64,000 nucleotides of DNA from Eledone cirrhosa (GCA_964016885.1 OZ024743.1:57412001-57476000); one strand, 5' to 3'. Shown: positions 1-13,319, counted from the stretch's first letter. The notes: a model not told the origin generated them from the sequence alone. Translations and numbers: made by a program.

Positions 1-3000
1 CACTTGTGACAATTATTGACACATAGTGCTGGGCCCATGGTACCATGTGACGACAAGTGCAGAGAGATCTCCAGACATAAAGCAATGCCTGTGCCGTGAA
101 GCTTTTATAGTGAGCAAAAGCATTGCACAAAGCCAGTCCCACTCTCTTAACCAAGATGATATTTACCAAAAAGAAGAACAATTCAACATCATTGGATACC
201 ATCAGAGTTGCAGGTGTTATATCAGAGTTTTCCTTCTGCTAGAATTCTGCCTTGACAAAGGCTAAGGGGTCATCTTTCCCGGTGATTTTGGATGGCCATT
301 GACTCTTAAGAGCTCCTTTGCCCTTTGACAGGTTTTGTTTTTAGTCCTGCAGGATGTCCAAAGTCACCCTCCTCACCAAGAAACCTTGGGGGGTTGCCAG
401 TTTAGTCGCCAACGACCCAACCATGAGACAGGTTGTACTGGCATACATGTTACCAGTAGCACCAACTGGTGACCTGACATACATACATAAATATATACAT
501 ACATACATACATAAATACATACATATATACATACATACATACATACATATATATATACATATATATATACATATACATATATATACATACATACATATAT
601 GGTGGCTGCCAACTTGTTTTCGAGTATGGCCACTACTTTATATCCATGTAGGATAACTACCGATGCGCTGAACGAGTGTGACTTTTTAGTCCAGCCAGCG
701 ACTTGAAAACTCTGGTACAAACATTACACTTGTGACAATTATTGACACATAGTGCTGGGCCCATGGTACCATGTGATGACAAGTGCAGAGAGATCCCCAG
801 ACATAAAGCAATGCCTGTGCCGTGAAGCTTTTATAGTGAGCAAAAGCATTGCACAAAGCCAGTCCCACTCTCTTAACCAAGATGATATTTACCAAAAAGA
901 AGAACAAGTCAACATCATTGGATACCATCAGAGTTGCAGGTGTTATATCAGAGTTTTCCTTCTGCTAGAATTCTGCCTTGACAAAGGCTAAGGGGTCATC
1001 TCTCCCGGTGATTTTGGATGGCCATTGACTCTTAAGAGCTCCTTTGCCCTTTGACAGGTTTTGTTTTTAGTCCTGCAGGATGTCCAAAGTCACCCTCCTC
1101 ACCAAGAAACCTTGGTGCGGTTGCCAGTTTAGTCGCCAACGACCCAACCATAAGACAGGTTGTACTGGCATACATGTTACCAGTAGCACCAACTGGTGAC
1201 CTGACATACATACATAAATATATACATACATACATAAATACATACATATATACATACATACATACATATATATATACATATATATATACATATACATATA
1301 TATACATACATACATATATGGTGGTTGCCAACTTGTTTTCGAGTACGGCCACTACTTTATATCCATGTAGGAGAACCCCTACTGATGCGCTGAACAAGTG
1401 TGACTTTTTAGTCCAGCCAGCAACTTGAGAACTCTGGTACAAACACTACACTTGTGACAATTACTGACACATAGTGCTGGGCCCATGGTACCAGGTGATG
1501 ACAAGTGCAGAGAGATCTCCAGATATAAAGCAATGCCTGTGCCGTGAAGCTTTTATAGTGAGCAAAGGCACTGCACAAAGCCAGTCCCACTCTCTTAACC
1601 AAGATGATATTTACCAAAAAGAAGAACAAGTCAACATCATTGGATACCATCAGAGTTGCAGGTGTTATATCAGAGTTTTCCTTCTCCTAGAATTCTGCCT
1701 TGACAAAGGCTAAGGGGTCATCTCTCCCGGATATTTTGGATGGCCATTGACTCTTAAGAGCTCCTTTGCTCTTTGACTGGTTTTGTTTTTAGTCCTGCAG
1801 GATGTCCAAAGTCACCCTTCTCACCAAGAAACCTTGGTGGGGTTGCCAGTTTAGTCGCCAACGACCCGACCATGGTACAGGTTGTACTGGGATACATGTT
1901 ACCAGTAGCACCAACTCGTGACCTGACATATACATATATACATACATACATACATGGTGGCTGCCAACTCGTTTTCGAGTACGGCCACTACTTTATATCC
2001 ATGTAGGAGAACCCCTACCGATGCGCTGAACGAGTGTGACTTTTTAGTCCAGCCAGCAACTTGAGAACTCTGGTACAAACACTACACTTGTGACAATTAC
2101 TGACACATAGTGCTGGGCCCATGGTACCAGGTGATGACAAGTGCAGAGAGATCTCCAGATATAAAGCAATGCCTGTGCCGTGAAGCTTTTATAGTGAGCA
2201 AAGGCACTCCACAAAGCCAGTCCCACTCTCTTAACCAAGATGATATTTACCAAAAAGAAGAACAAGTCAACATCATTGGATACCATCAGAGTTGCAGGTG
2301 TTATATCAGAGTTTTCCTTCTCCTAGAATTCTGCCTTGACAAAGGCTAAGGGGTCATCTCTCCCGGATATTTTGGATGGCCATTGACTCTTAAGAGCTCC
2401 TTTGCTCTTTGACAGGTTTTGTTTTTAGTCCTGCAGGATGTCCAAAGTCACCCTTCTCACCAAGGAACCTTGGTGGGGTTGCCAGTTTAGTCGCCAACGA
2501 CCCGACCATGGTACAGGTTGTACTGGGATACATGTTACCAGTAGCACCAACTCGTGACCTGACATATACATATATACATACATACATACATGGTGGCTGC
2601 CAACTCGTTTTCGAGTACGGCCACTACTTTATATCCATGTAGGAGAACCCCTACCGATGCGCTGAACGAGTGTGACTTTTTAGTCCCGCCAGCGACTTGA
2701 AAACTGGCACAATCACTACACCTGTGACAATTATTGACACATAGTGTTGGGCCCATGGTACCACGTGATGACAAGTGCAGAGAGATCTCCAAATATAAAG
2801 CAATGCCTGTGCCGTGAAGCTTTTATAGTGAGCAAAGGCAATGCACAAAGCCAGTCCCACTCTCTTAACCAAGATGATATTTACCAAAAAGAAGAACAAG
2901 TCAACATCATTGGATACCATCAGGGTTGCAGGTGTTATATCAGAGTTTTCCTTCTCCTAGAATTCTGCCTTGACAAAAGCTAAGGGGTCATCTCTCCCGG

Positions 3001-3211
3001 TGATTTTAGATGGCCATTGACTCTTAAGAGCTCCTTTGCCCTTTTGACGGGTTTTGTTTTTAGTCCTGTAGGATGTCCAAAGTCACCCTCCTCACCAAGA
3101 AACCTTGGGGGGGGGGGGGGGGGGGGTTGCCAGTTTAGTCGCCAACGACCCGACCATGAGACAGGTTGTACTGGCATACATGTTACCAGTAGCACCAACT
3201 GGTGACCTGAC
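1..3211 (-). mobile_element. Tandem head-to-tail array of five copies (first partial) of a ~608-bp non-autonomous RTE-derived retroelement separated by (TATG)n tails
   Basis: Near-identical units at 1-478, 600-1205, 1319-1927, 1955-2563, 2591-3211. On the minus strand each ends with CHKCxVCTRVFKSLAGLKSHTRSAHR* (C2H2 finger like RTE C-termini), a short 3' UTR and a (TATG)n tail; no RT or endonuclease coding. Confidence 0.8.
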
Positions 3212-3254
3212 ATATACATACATACATACATACATACATACATACATACATACA

Positions 3255-3286
<32 letters not shown>

Positions 3287-3293
3287 CATACAA

Positions 3294-3443
3294 ACATGAA
3301 AACACTACCCGAAAAGGAGAACTGGTCAATATCATCGGATGCTTCCGAAGCCGCAGGTTTTTTTCAGAGTTTCCCTCTTCTAGAAAGGTGTTGTGACAAC
3401 AACTGGAGACCTTGGGACCTTTCACTCCTAGGTAAAAAAAAAA
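3294..3443 (+). mobile_element. Short poly(A)-ended insert in (CATA)n, probable 5'-truncated retroelement 3' end
   Basis: ~150 bp of unique sequence ending in an A-run, flanked on both sides by CATA repeats; family not identified. Confidence 0.4.
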
Positions 3444-3539
3444 ATACATACATACATACAAGCACATACAGACATACAGACATGTACATAGAATATATAT
3501 ACAAATAGATATCCAGTTATGCGTGTGTGTGTGTGTGTG

Positions 3540-3980
3540 AGAGTGATCGACCTCTGTCGGTTCTGACAATGAGTGTTGATACGATCAACAGAATAGCATT
3601 CTCGTGTAATTAACGTGCACGTGACCTTGCATTCCACAGGTAGGTGCATCCTTAACGTAGTCCTCAGTGAGATTCAGCGTGACACAGTGTGTGATATTGC
3701 TGATTGGTTAGTTAAAGTTTATTCTAAGCCGAAGTCTCCTCATGCCGGTTCTTATCCCGGGCTCCCCTGGCGTGAAGCGATTGAGAGTACAAGACTCTCC
3801 CTGGAGAGGACGCCGGTCTATCGCAAGATGAACTCCCCGGTTACTGTTGGTGCTTACTCTCAGCAGAGTGTACAGGAGCAACGTGTTTTGCTCCAGAACA
3901 ACACAGCAGCCTGTTCAGGAATCAAGCCAACGACATTATGGTTGTAAGTCCAACATCCTAACAATTAGGTCATGCGCCCC
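3540..3980 (-). mobile_element. tRNA-derived SINE
   Basis: Minus strand begins gggcgcatgacctaattgttaggatgttggacttacaaccataatgtcgttggcttgattcc (A/B-box-like head); body resembles copies at ~36500-36810 and ~40710-41030. Confidence 0.6.
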
Positions 3981-5619
3981 CCCCCCCCCACATCATTGTT
4001 GGAACAACTAATTTTTTCCCCAGCTGAGTGAACTTGAGCATTGTAAAATAAAGTGTCTTTCTGAAGGACTCAACGCACCACCGATCTGGGAATTGAACTC
4101 ACAAATTTCAGATTGGGAACATAACATCATAATCACTAAGCTACGGCTTTCACACATGAAAAGATGGATTAAAAGAATAGACGACACACACGCCACATTT
4201 CAGTATTTACTTAGGAAAATGAACACTTTATATTCATTGTTGTACTCCATATAAACTTAGTTTGACAACGGTTTCTGTTATCGTTTTGTGTACATGTGGT
4301 TGTTGATCCCTAGGGTAGTCATGATAGAGCAAACCTAGAGTATATCTAAAACATTTCTGCCAATGTCAACCTGCCTTTTCTCAGACAGTGTATCTAGCAC
4401 TACATTATCTAACATGTTGGTCCCTCGATTAGTCATGGTAGAGCAAACCTAGAACATGTCAAAAAGATTTCAGCTGACGTTATTCTGCCTTTTCCTAGAC
4501 ATAGTGTATTTGAGACTATATTATCCAATGCATGTTTCTTCTTTTTTAATGTTATGTTGTGGGTTGTTTTCGGTAGAAAATTTGGTTGTTATCTATAATA
4601 TTTTGAATTACCACGTAGAGAATTCCCCGTAGCCTCCTATATACGTGGTCGTCTGAATATATGTGTTATTGCGGCGAACATCTTAAGTCTCTTTGCCATT
4701 TTTAGTGACCACTATTACAGCAACTGTAGTGCAAGATGTTAAGCATGTTTTTTTGTGGGGTGGGTAAATTCCATTGCCATTTCTCATATGTCGAGATATC
4801 ATAAGGTGGTGAAGTAACAGAGTTGTTAGGACGTCTGTTTAAATGCTTTGGTGTTTGTTTTGGTTCATTGCGCTCTGAATACAAATCCTGTCGAAATTAA
4901 CTTTGCTTTTCAACCTTCCGAGGTAAAAAAATAAAACTCTTCACCCATCTCTCTTTATTACTTTCTCTCTTTCCCTTTCCTTCTCTGGAATAAATTGGCT
5001 ATGTTCAGACATAGAGAGGAATGGGTTTTGCCAGGTTTTAAATGACCAAGGCCTACCATTCATTAGGAGTTTAAGGGCCCCATTCCTTTCTGTCCCAGCT
5101 AACATGTCGAGAATATTTCGTCGCCTTGTATGGTCATTTGAATACGTGAGTTATTGCACATGTTTTAGTGAGAGAACATCAGTTTATTGTGGATGCAATA
5201 TGATTGAATTTCTCTTCGCAACAATTAGGTTCCGGGTTCAATCTCTCCACGTGACGTCATAGACAAGTCTCATTAATCATAGCTTCATGTCAACCCAAGT
5301 TTTGTGAGAGGAATTTGATTGATAGAAACTGTTTGGAAGCCTGTCGGATGGACTGTAAATGTAATTCAAAAGGTCAGCCTTGTCCCACACAATGTCAGAC
5401 AGAATCTCCCGAAAGGTACACATGTCTATGAAATACTCAGCCACTTACATGTTAATTTCACGAGCAGGCTGTTTCATCGTTTTAACAATTGGAATACTCA
5501 TCGTCAAAATCGACGTAGGCCCATTCCATATCAGTTTATCACAGTCAAGAAGACATCGTTATCAAATAAAATTAGGTTAGATAAAGTCGCTATATTTAAC
5601 CCGTATCAGGCCGCATCTA

Positions 5620-6227
5620 TGGTGGCTGCCAACTCGTTTTCGAGTACGGCCACTACTTTATATCCATGTAGGAGAACCCCTACCAATACGCTGAACGAGT
5701 GTGACCTTTTAGTCCAGCCAGCGACTTGAAAACTCTGGTACAAACACTACACTTGTGACAATTATTGACACATAGTGCTGGGCCCATGTACCATGTGACG
5801 ACAAGTGCAGAGAGATCTCCAGATATAAAGTAATGCCTGTGCCGCGAAGCTTTTATAGTGAGCAAAGGCACTGCACAAAGCCAGTCCCACTCTCTTAACC
5901 AAGATGATATTTACCAAAAAGAAGAACAATTCAACATCATTGGATACCATCAGGGTTGCAGGTGTTATATCAGAGTTTTCCTTCTGCTAGAATTCTGCCT
6001 TGACAAAGGCTAAGGGGTCATCTCTCCCGGTGATTTTGGATGGCCATTGACTCTTAAGAGCTCCTTTGCCCTTTGACAGGTTTTGTTTTTAGTTCAGCAG
6101 GATGTCCAAAGTCACCCTCCTCACCAAGAAACCTTGGTGGGGTTGCCAGTTTAGTCGCCAACGACCCGACCATGGTACAGGTTGTACTGGGATACATGTT
6201 ACCAGTAGCACCAACTGGTGACCTGAC
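5620..6227 (-). mobile_element. Solo copy of the ~608-bp non-autonomous RTE derivative
   Basis: Same termini and internal sequence as the 1-3211 units; encodes CHKCSVCTRVFKSLAGLKGHTRSA. Confidence 0.85.
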
Positions 6228-6422
6228 ATAAATCTATATATCTATATATATAGATATATATCTGACATCTATCTATACAACCATACACACACACACATAA
6301 AAGCGTACCCATACATACACACATACACACTCACACATATACACACGCCCTCATATATATATATATACGTAGGCACTCATACACACAGATACACATATAA
6401 TACACACACCCTTACACACGTA

Positions 6423-6793
6423 TGCTCTCGGGTCTCGAATAATCGTCCCCCTCGCTTATTTAATGTTCAAATCCCCCCTTCCCCAGCTCTTATACCACCC
6501 CCCGCTTATTAAATTTTGCTAATTTATCTCTGGCGAAATTTTATTTTAAGTGGTAGTATTCCTGCGATAATTGATTTTCCTTATATATTAAAAAAAATTA
6601 TACATGACAAAAGAGTACATTACTAGAAACCTCATACGTTATAAAATAAATAGGATGGGTTGGGGGTCTCAATATGTAAACTAAACGACTAATTCTAGTT
6701 TTTTAAATATCAACGGAGACAACCTAGAAAAATTATCAATTTTCCAAGCTCTCTCGCGTATTCCAGCCCCCTATTATTTCGGACTTGAGAGTA
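6423..6793. mobile_element. Degenerate MITE-like element
   Basis: Imperfect terminal inverted repeats (left tgctctcgggtctcgaataat; right reverse complement tactctcaagtccgaaataat) around a non-coding AT-rich interior, embedded in CA-rich DNA. Confidence 0.4.
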
Positions 6794-7107
6794 CACATAC
6801 ACTGACCATTACATATACACACGTACATCTACACACACACTGACCATTACACATACAAACGTACATCTACACATACAAACGTACATCTACACATACAAAT
6901 AAACAAACGCACTGATAAATGCTCATATACACGCATATACAAGGTTACCTGATATACTGGGAAATTTGTGTTTTGAGTTTTGATAAAATAATGGCTTCCT
7001 TAAGAGAAACTCTATATTTTATGTTGATTACTGACATATGGAAGTGGTTTAAGAGAAGAATGGTATTATAACATACTTTTAGGATATAATTCCTCTTTGT
7101 ATCGGTC

Positions 7108-7302
7108 GTCGTCGAGACCTCAGACCTCCTCAGATCCCAGACAGCCAAGCTCCCCCGCAAAATCGGAAGGTCAGCAGCCCGTCTGAGAAAGGAGACTCGA
7201 GATGTGGGGTGGTTATTGCGGCGTGTGTCGTTGGCCATTTTCCGCGGAAATGCCTTTGCATCTTTATACACGGGGTGCAGTCGAAACACCGCCCTGGCCT
7301 AG
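7108..7302 (+). pseudogene. C-terminal remnant of a CRE-like non-LTR retrotransposon (end of restriction-like endonuclease)
   Basis: Translates VVETSDLL...KIGRSAARLRKETRDVGWLLRRVSLAIFRGNAFASL; the ET...W-L-x-R-x-S-x-A-I-x-RGNA pattern is typical of CRE-clade C-termini. This frame is not in the ORF track. Confidence 0.6.
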
Positions 7303-7711
7303 GCACAGAGTCTGTGACTTTCTCCATTTCCCCCTCTCTTTCTTCCGTGGCCTCATAGTCCTTGCTCTTTACCATTTCCCCTCTTTTACATTAGTTAATT
7401 TTGTTTTTAACTTTTTTATATTCCCTAAGTTTGACGACCAACAAACAAAGAACCAACATGTAAATTGCTTTCTTTTAAATAAAATAAATATTCCCCAACC
7501 CCTACCAAAAAAATAATCGTTTGTTGAATTACATCAATGTTCAGAGGGTATATACAAAGGACATACAGGATTATATATATATATGAATAAACTTATATAA
7601 ATAACTATTTAGAGGGACAAATGTAAGGTCCTGTAGAACGCAGGATCTTGTGATCTGAAAGCGAATTTTGTAGCAGCATGACAAAGATAGGAAATATATA
7701 TGTTGTGAGTA

Positions 7712-7794
<83 letters not shown>

Positions 7795-8215
7795 GTTAAA
7801 GACTTACAAACAGAGATATGTATGAATAAACATCCAAACACACATGACGTATTATTATGGTCGGTGAAGTGAAAGAGATGGCATCTATAGAAATAGCGAA
7901 GAAGATAGAATCTATTGCTTTTAAACATGGACTGGGAAAAATCATATGATATATATCTGAGGGTATCATCACTTGTATAAACTGGCTTTTTGAACAACGT
8001 ACTCCTCTTTGACTAATGTATGTCTCATGTGAAAACATGTCAGACAGAGAATATATAGAGATATCTATCTATTTGCTTATCTGTTTGTGTGTCTGTGTCC
8101 ACCTACCTACTTACCTACCTACCTACCTATCTGCTTGCCGACCTGCCTACATAACCTCCTAACTACATATTTACCTAGCTAGCTATCTACCTACCTACCT
8201 CCCTATCTATCTATC

Positions 8216-8285
8216 GCCTTTTTGTGTACCCCCCTCCTCTTGTATTTGTCCCCTTCTTTTGCGCCCTCGTGGCAATAAATAGAAA
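8216..8285 (+). mobile_element. 5'-truncated 3' terminus of the Tx1-like family, inside ATCT repeats
   Basis: tgtccccttcttttgcgccctcgtggcaataaatagaaa matches the 3' ends at ~51035-51072, ~56900-56940 and ~62634-62675; preceded and followed by ctatctat. Confidence 0.8.
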
Positions 8286-8573
8286 TATATCTATCTATAA
8301 AGAAACATATCTATCTAACTAACTACATCTCTCTCTCTGTCACACATACACACACACACACTCTCTCTCTCTATCCATCAACCTTTTCTTTATTGGGTAA
8401 GTTTGGAGAATGTCCATATAGTTATTAATTGTTAAGCCTCACAGTTATATGACTAATGTCTATGTATGGTAAACACATCTGTCCGAATCTTTGAAGCCTC
8501 CCCCACTTCCTCCAATATATATATAACTGTGTATTTTTGCATTCCTGTGTTTGTTTTGTTTTGTTTCATTTAT

Positions 8574-8695
<122 letters not shown>

Positions 8696-8794
8696 ATAGG
8701 TGGATTCCCGATATATATCGGGAGGTGACTACAGTTAAAATGGTATTTGAGTATAGGCATATTTATTTTATCATAGAAATGATTTCTATAATAA

Positions 8795-8867
<73 letters not shown>

Positions 8868-8897
8868 AGATCAAAAGATGGTTAAAAGAGTTCCATG

Positions 8898-8968
8898 TAT
8901 TTTATTATGCGCATTTCAAAAACAAATATCATCATGCAATAACATTTGCGTTTTCGTCAGATAAAATA
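8898..8968 (-). ncRNA. Type I hammerhead ribozyme (inverted pLTR copy)
   Basis: Reverse complement of 10463-10533. Confidence 0.8.
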
Positions 8969-10462
8969 GGGAGACATGATATGAAGGTTAAAACACACTT
9001 GTGAATAGTGCAATTTTAAATCAACATATGAAAAGTAGTTTTAGATTGATGTGTGATATTGGGAAAAAAAATGTTGAGGGGGGGGGGGGAAGGAGGAAAA
9101 AGAGGATCAGTTATAACTTTACAAAAACTTAATCTACGAATGTAAAGTTATAACTGACACCAATTCCTTTACCTATTTTGGCTCCACTTCCACCTCCTTT
9201 AAAGCTCGTCTTTATAATCATCATTCGTCTTTTAAATACCAACTTAGAAGAACCAACACGGCACTCTCAGAACTCATATGGTCCTTGAAAGACAAAAATA
9301 TTAACTATAACATCTCTTGGAAGAAGGTTTGTTCAGACATGCAATCTCTGTTTATGTGAACAATTTACCATTATATCTAATTTAGATTCTATAATAAATA
9401 GACGCACTGACTTGTTTTGTCTCTGCTTGCATAAATTCCACAGAACATTCCATAAAGTATACAGCTAATATCTAATACTTTATCAATTTAAAATCCTTTT
9501 CTCAAAGGCACATATATATATATATACATATATATTTCTTTAAAAATATACCCATCTTTCTACCTTATTTCAATGTTATTTATTATACATTATATAATAC
9601 TAGTTACTCATTCTATATCACTCCTATTTATCACTTCCCTTTCTTTCTTTTTTCCTTTATTCTTTTCTTTTTTCTTTTTCTTTTAATTTCTAACCCCTAA
9701 TCTGTACCTTTTCTTCCTAGATACTTCTCAATTATCATTGTGCCTAACGTAGAAACAATTATTACACAGCACAATATATTCTTACTTTATATCACCTTGA
9801 AAAAATCCTTCGTAAACATAAACATTTTTTTGACGTTAGATTATTCATCCTCAATTCATTATTTTTTTCTCCCTTACATGCTCATCTAACTTATACATAT
9901 TACACTTATTCATCCAATCTTCTACTTCTTTCACAATATATCCTTACTTACATTACTATTGCTATATTTTTATATTTTTTTAATAATACATATCAACAAT
10001 TTCTTTCCATCGCACATATTATTAAACCCTTAAATATTATTCTTCATACATATTAACAATTTCTTTTCATCGCACATATTATTAAACCCTTAAATATACA
10101 AACCTTAACTTAACATTATTCTAAATTTTTCTCTTCGTTAATTTTCAAATTCTTTTAATTTATATATTATCTTCCAACGGTTTTTCAACCTCTCTATGTA
10201 AAACAATATATTTTTCTCAGTTATAAAAGCTATCTCTCTCTCTCTATCACCCGTCTCTCCTCCTATCTCATTCTTCCTCATTATACTCCTCCCCCTCCAC
10301 TTTTTATTCTCATCTCCTCCTCTTTTTCATCCTTTCCAACCTCGCCCCCCCCCCTCAACATTTTTTTCCCAATATCACACATCAATCTAAAACTACTTTT
10401 CATATGTTGATTTAAAACTGCGCTATTCACAAGTGTGTTTTAACCTTCATATCATGTCTCCC

Positions 10463-10533
10463 TATTTTATCTGACGAAAACGCAAATGTTATTGCATGAT
10501 GATATTTGTTTTTGAAATGCGCATAATAAAATA
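10463..10533 (+). ncRNA. Type I hammerhead ribozyme
   Basis: TATTTTAT-CTGACGA-[stem II caaatgttat/atgatatttg]-GAAA-TGCGCA-TA-ATAAAATA: 8-bp stem I, intact core, palindromic stem III, AUA cleavage triplet. Confidence 0.85.
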
Positions 10534-10686
10534 CATGGAACTCTTTTAACCATCTTTTGATCTTATATATTATTTATACTCCAGTCCTACAAACTGTAGA
10601 GTGTTACTTATCCGATATCTGCTTTGCTTTATTGTACTACAATAAAACTCACCTCCTACATATATATATATATATATATATATATA

Positions 10687-10941
<255 letters not shown>

Positions 10942-11039
10942 TCATTAGTTAAGCAAAACAAGACCACACATTTCACAAGGAAGACATTATTAAAAGATTG
11001 TCAACATATTTTAGTTTGATGCAAGGAATGTAGAGAATA

Positions 11040-12100
11040 ATAATAATAATATTAATAATGTCCGTTTACAATTGTTTCGCTACTCCATATAATATTTGTG
11101 GATCAAATGATTATAGATCATTATGATCTGGTTCAGTTGAAAATAATTAACATAGGTAAAAATAGAGCAACTCATCAGAACTTCAAAGGAATATAAATTA
11201 AAATAAGCAGAGAATGTTACATGAATGTAATGTTCCATATATTGGTATTTCACTATGGTGTCCTGGGTATATCTATTGTCTGCCATAGTCGAGCAGTATT
11301 CTTCTGTCGAGGCTGCATTGTGTGAGATCTGCCTATGGGTAACAAGATGGCCGCCAATGGACATATTTACCTTACTAATTAGGGGGTGGTTTCAGGGGAA
11401 GTAACTCCTCTAGAGATTAGAAATTGTGGGTAGTTTAAGTTAAGAAGTGCTAATTTTTTAATTTTTTAATTGAGAGACAATGTAAGAGAGGTAACTTATA
11501 ATTATCTAGGTTAGCTATAAGTATTCAACTTATTAGCTACAAGTAAAAATGGGGCTAGATGACTATGTTGGGTCAAATATTCAGTTGGCGAAGGAATTAG
11601 CCCTTCGATGTTGACAGCTAATAGTTACCTCAGTTCTATCGTTAATCGGTAGAGGTCGTGATAGATTTATGTAATATGCTTCGGTAAGACAGAGGTCACA
11701 AGAGTTTCTTCGTCTATTGAACGGTTTGGCCCTAGCCAAGATATCCCATGTTAGGGAGTGTTCAATATTGGTTAATTTAAGGTTTTTAATGAGCCTAGCC
11801 AGAGATGTTGAACATCTGTTGTTAGGATATCGGAAGGAAAAAGAGTGCGAGTTATAGCGTACCTTAAAAGGGTTAGAGGTAGAGCCAATGTAGGAGCTGG
11901 TATGCGAAGCAGTTTTAACCGTGCACCTATAAACTATATTGGGTGTCAGGCAATGTCCATTTAGTGGGCATGCATTAGGGTAACGGCAGTTGCAGTTACT
12001 TCTGTGGTTAGTGAGAGTAGGGTTGTTTAATCTAAGCGGTTGGTCGGTGCTAGAAGGATTAGATGGGGGAGGTGTGCTACTAGAGTAAGTATTGGTGTGA
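11040..12100 (-). mobile_element. Penelope-like element 3' fragment with an open GIY-YIG domain
   Basis: Minus frame ending at TGA 11581: SNCNCRYPNACPLNGHCLTPNIVYRCTVKTASHTSSYIGSTSNPFKVRYNSHSFSF...LTWDILARAKPFN...CDLCLTEAYYI...CQH, homologous to ORF 28948-29613; hammerhead in the 3' UTR. Confidence 0.85.
11064..11181 (-). ncRNA. Type I hammerhead ribozyme with long stem II
   Basis: GTT-CTGATGA-GTTGCTCTAT...ATGGAGTAGC-GAAA-CAATTG-TA-AAC: 10-bp stem II base with G-U pairs, palindromic stem III, GUA site; stem I only 3 bp. Confidence 0.7.
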
Positions 12101-12296
12101 GTATGTGTGTTTATTTTTCCTTTCCTTCTTCCTTTTCCAGCCTCACTTTCATATAGATTATATTTTTGTTTTTAAAATCCAATGTCAATAAATACACCAA
12201 GATTTTTTCATTCTCATGATTGAAAGCAAAATTTGTTTGCTTTCAAGAAACCACTGGTAAATGAAATAATTGCCTTATGTTGTTTATTACATAGCT

Positions 12297-12350
<54 letters not shown>

Positions 12351-12460
12351 GAAGTATTTTCGTAGAAAGGGTAAAGGAAGTGAGAGTGCTCTATGTATGC
12401 TACAGAGCTATTTAATTATGTAATAATTTATTACATATATATATATATATATATATATAT

Positions 12461-12534
<74 letters not shown>

Positions 12535-12984
12535 TATCTCTCTCTCTCTATATATATACATATATATATATATATGTGTGTGTGTGTATGTGTGTGCGTG
12601 CGTGTGTGTGTGTGTTTAGTCCGAGTGAAACTTGGAGATTTCGCAACACAAACTAAAGAATGATCCAGAAAGAGATCCTTGCACAAACCTGCCCTGAAAG
12701 TCTCTTCATACAAGACATCAATATAAAACTTAATTTCTGTCAATAATTCAAGCTATGTGCATTAAATGTATTCCAGTAAAAAAGTTTAACAAAAAACGAA
12801 GTCCTCAGAGACAAAAACATTCTTATGAGACGAAGAACAAAGATCGTAAACAACCTTAATAAACAAATGAAGGATTTAAAAAGAAAAAGAAAGAGCAATG
12901 AATGACAAGCAATGAACTTACATCAAGATAGTAAATACCAATTCTCAAATCTTATGCAGATTTGTTTCGAACCGGAAAGTAATA

Positions 12985-13163
12985 GTTGTTTCTACTTTGG
13001 GCACAAGGCCAGCAATTATCAAAGTGCATTACTGGTACTTTATTTTATCGACACCATAAGGGTGAAAAGCAAAGTTAACCTCGGCGGGATTTGAACTCAG
13101 AACGCAATGGGCCATAACTTCATGATGCAAAGCATGGGGTCTGAGGCTTTACCGATACTGCCA
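12985..13163 (-). mobile_element. tRNA-derived SINE
   Basis: ggcacaaggccagc...actggtactttattttatcgac...aaagcaaagttaacctcggcgggatttgaactcag, shared with ~22345-22450, 33900-34107 and fragments near 41890, 44400 and 44630. Confidence 0.7.
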
Positions 13164-13267
13164 AATAATGCAGATTGCCCTTATTAGATAAAAGGCACCA
13201 TTAAGATGTAAGGTTCTCTTAAGTAGGCACCATCTTATTAATTACACATAGCTGCAGACGTCAGTAA

Positions 13268-13319
<52 letters not shown>

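Larger units (their letters stand above)
8867..10660 (+). mobile_element. 5'-truncated Penelope-like element with inverted pseudo-LTR
   Basis: Inverted arms 8867-9089 / 10345-10564; GIY-YIG remnant from ~9132 (IYECKVITDTNSFTYFGSTSTSFKARLYNHHSSFKY...TALSELIWSLK...ISWK); AT-rich 3' UTR; hammerhead in the arms; flanked by (TA)n. Confidence 0.85.

Noticed and set aside
26-2983. Repeated 79-aa plus-strand ORF (MLGPWY...LDKG) as a tandem small-protein gene family
   Set aside because: Antisense to the RTE-derived unit, non-ATG start, and conserved only because the copies are young.
7850-8000. hAT-like transposase remnant (similar weak hints at ~38060-38240 Tc1-like and ~41400-41540 hAT-like)
   Set aside because: Too short and decayed to support without an HMM search.
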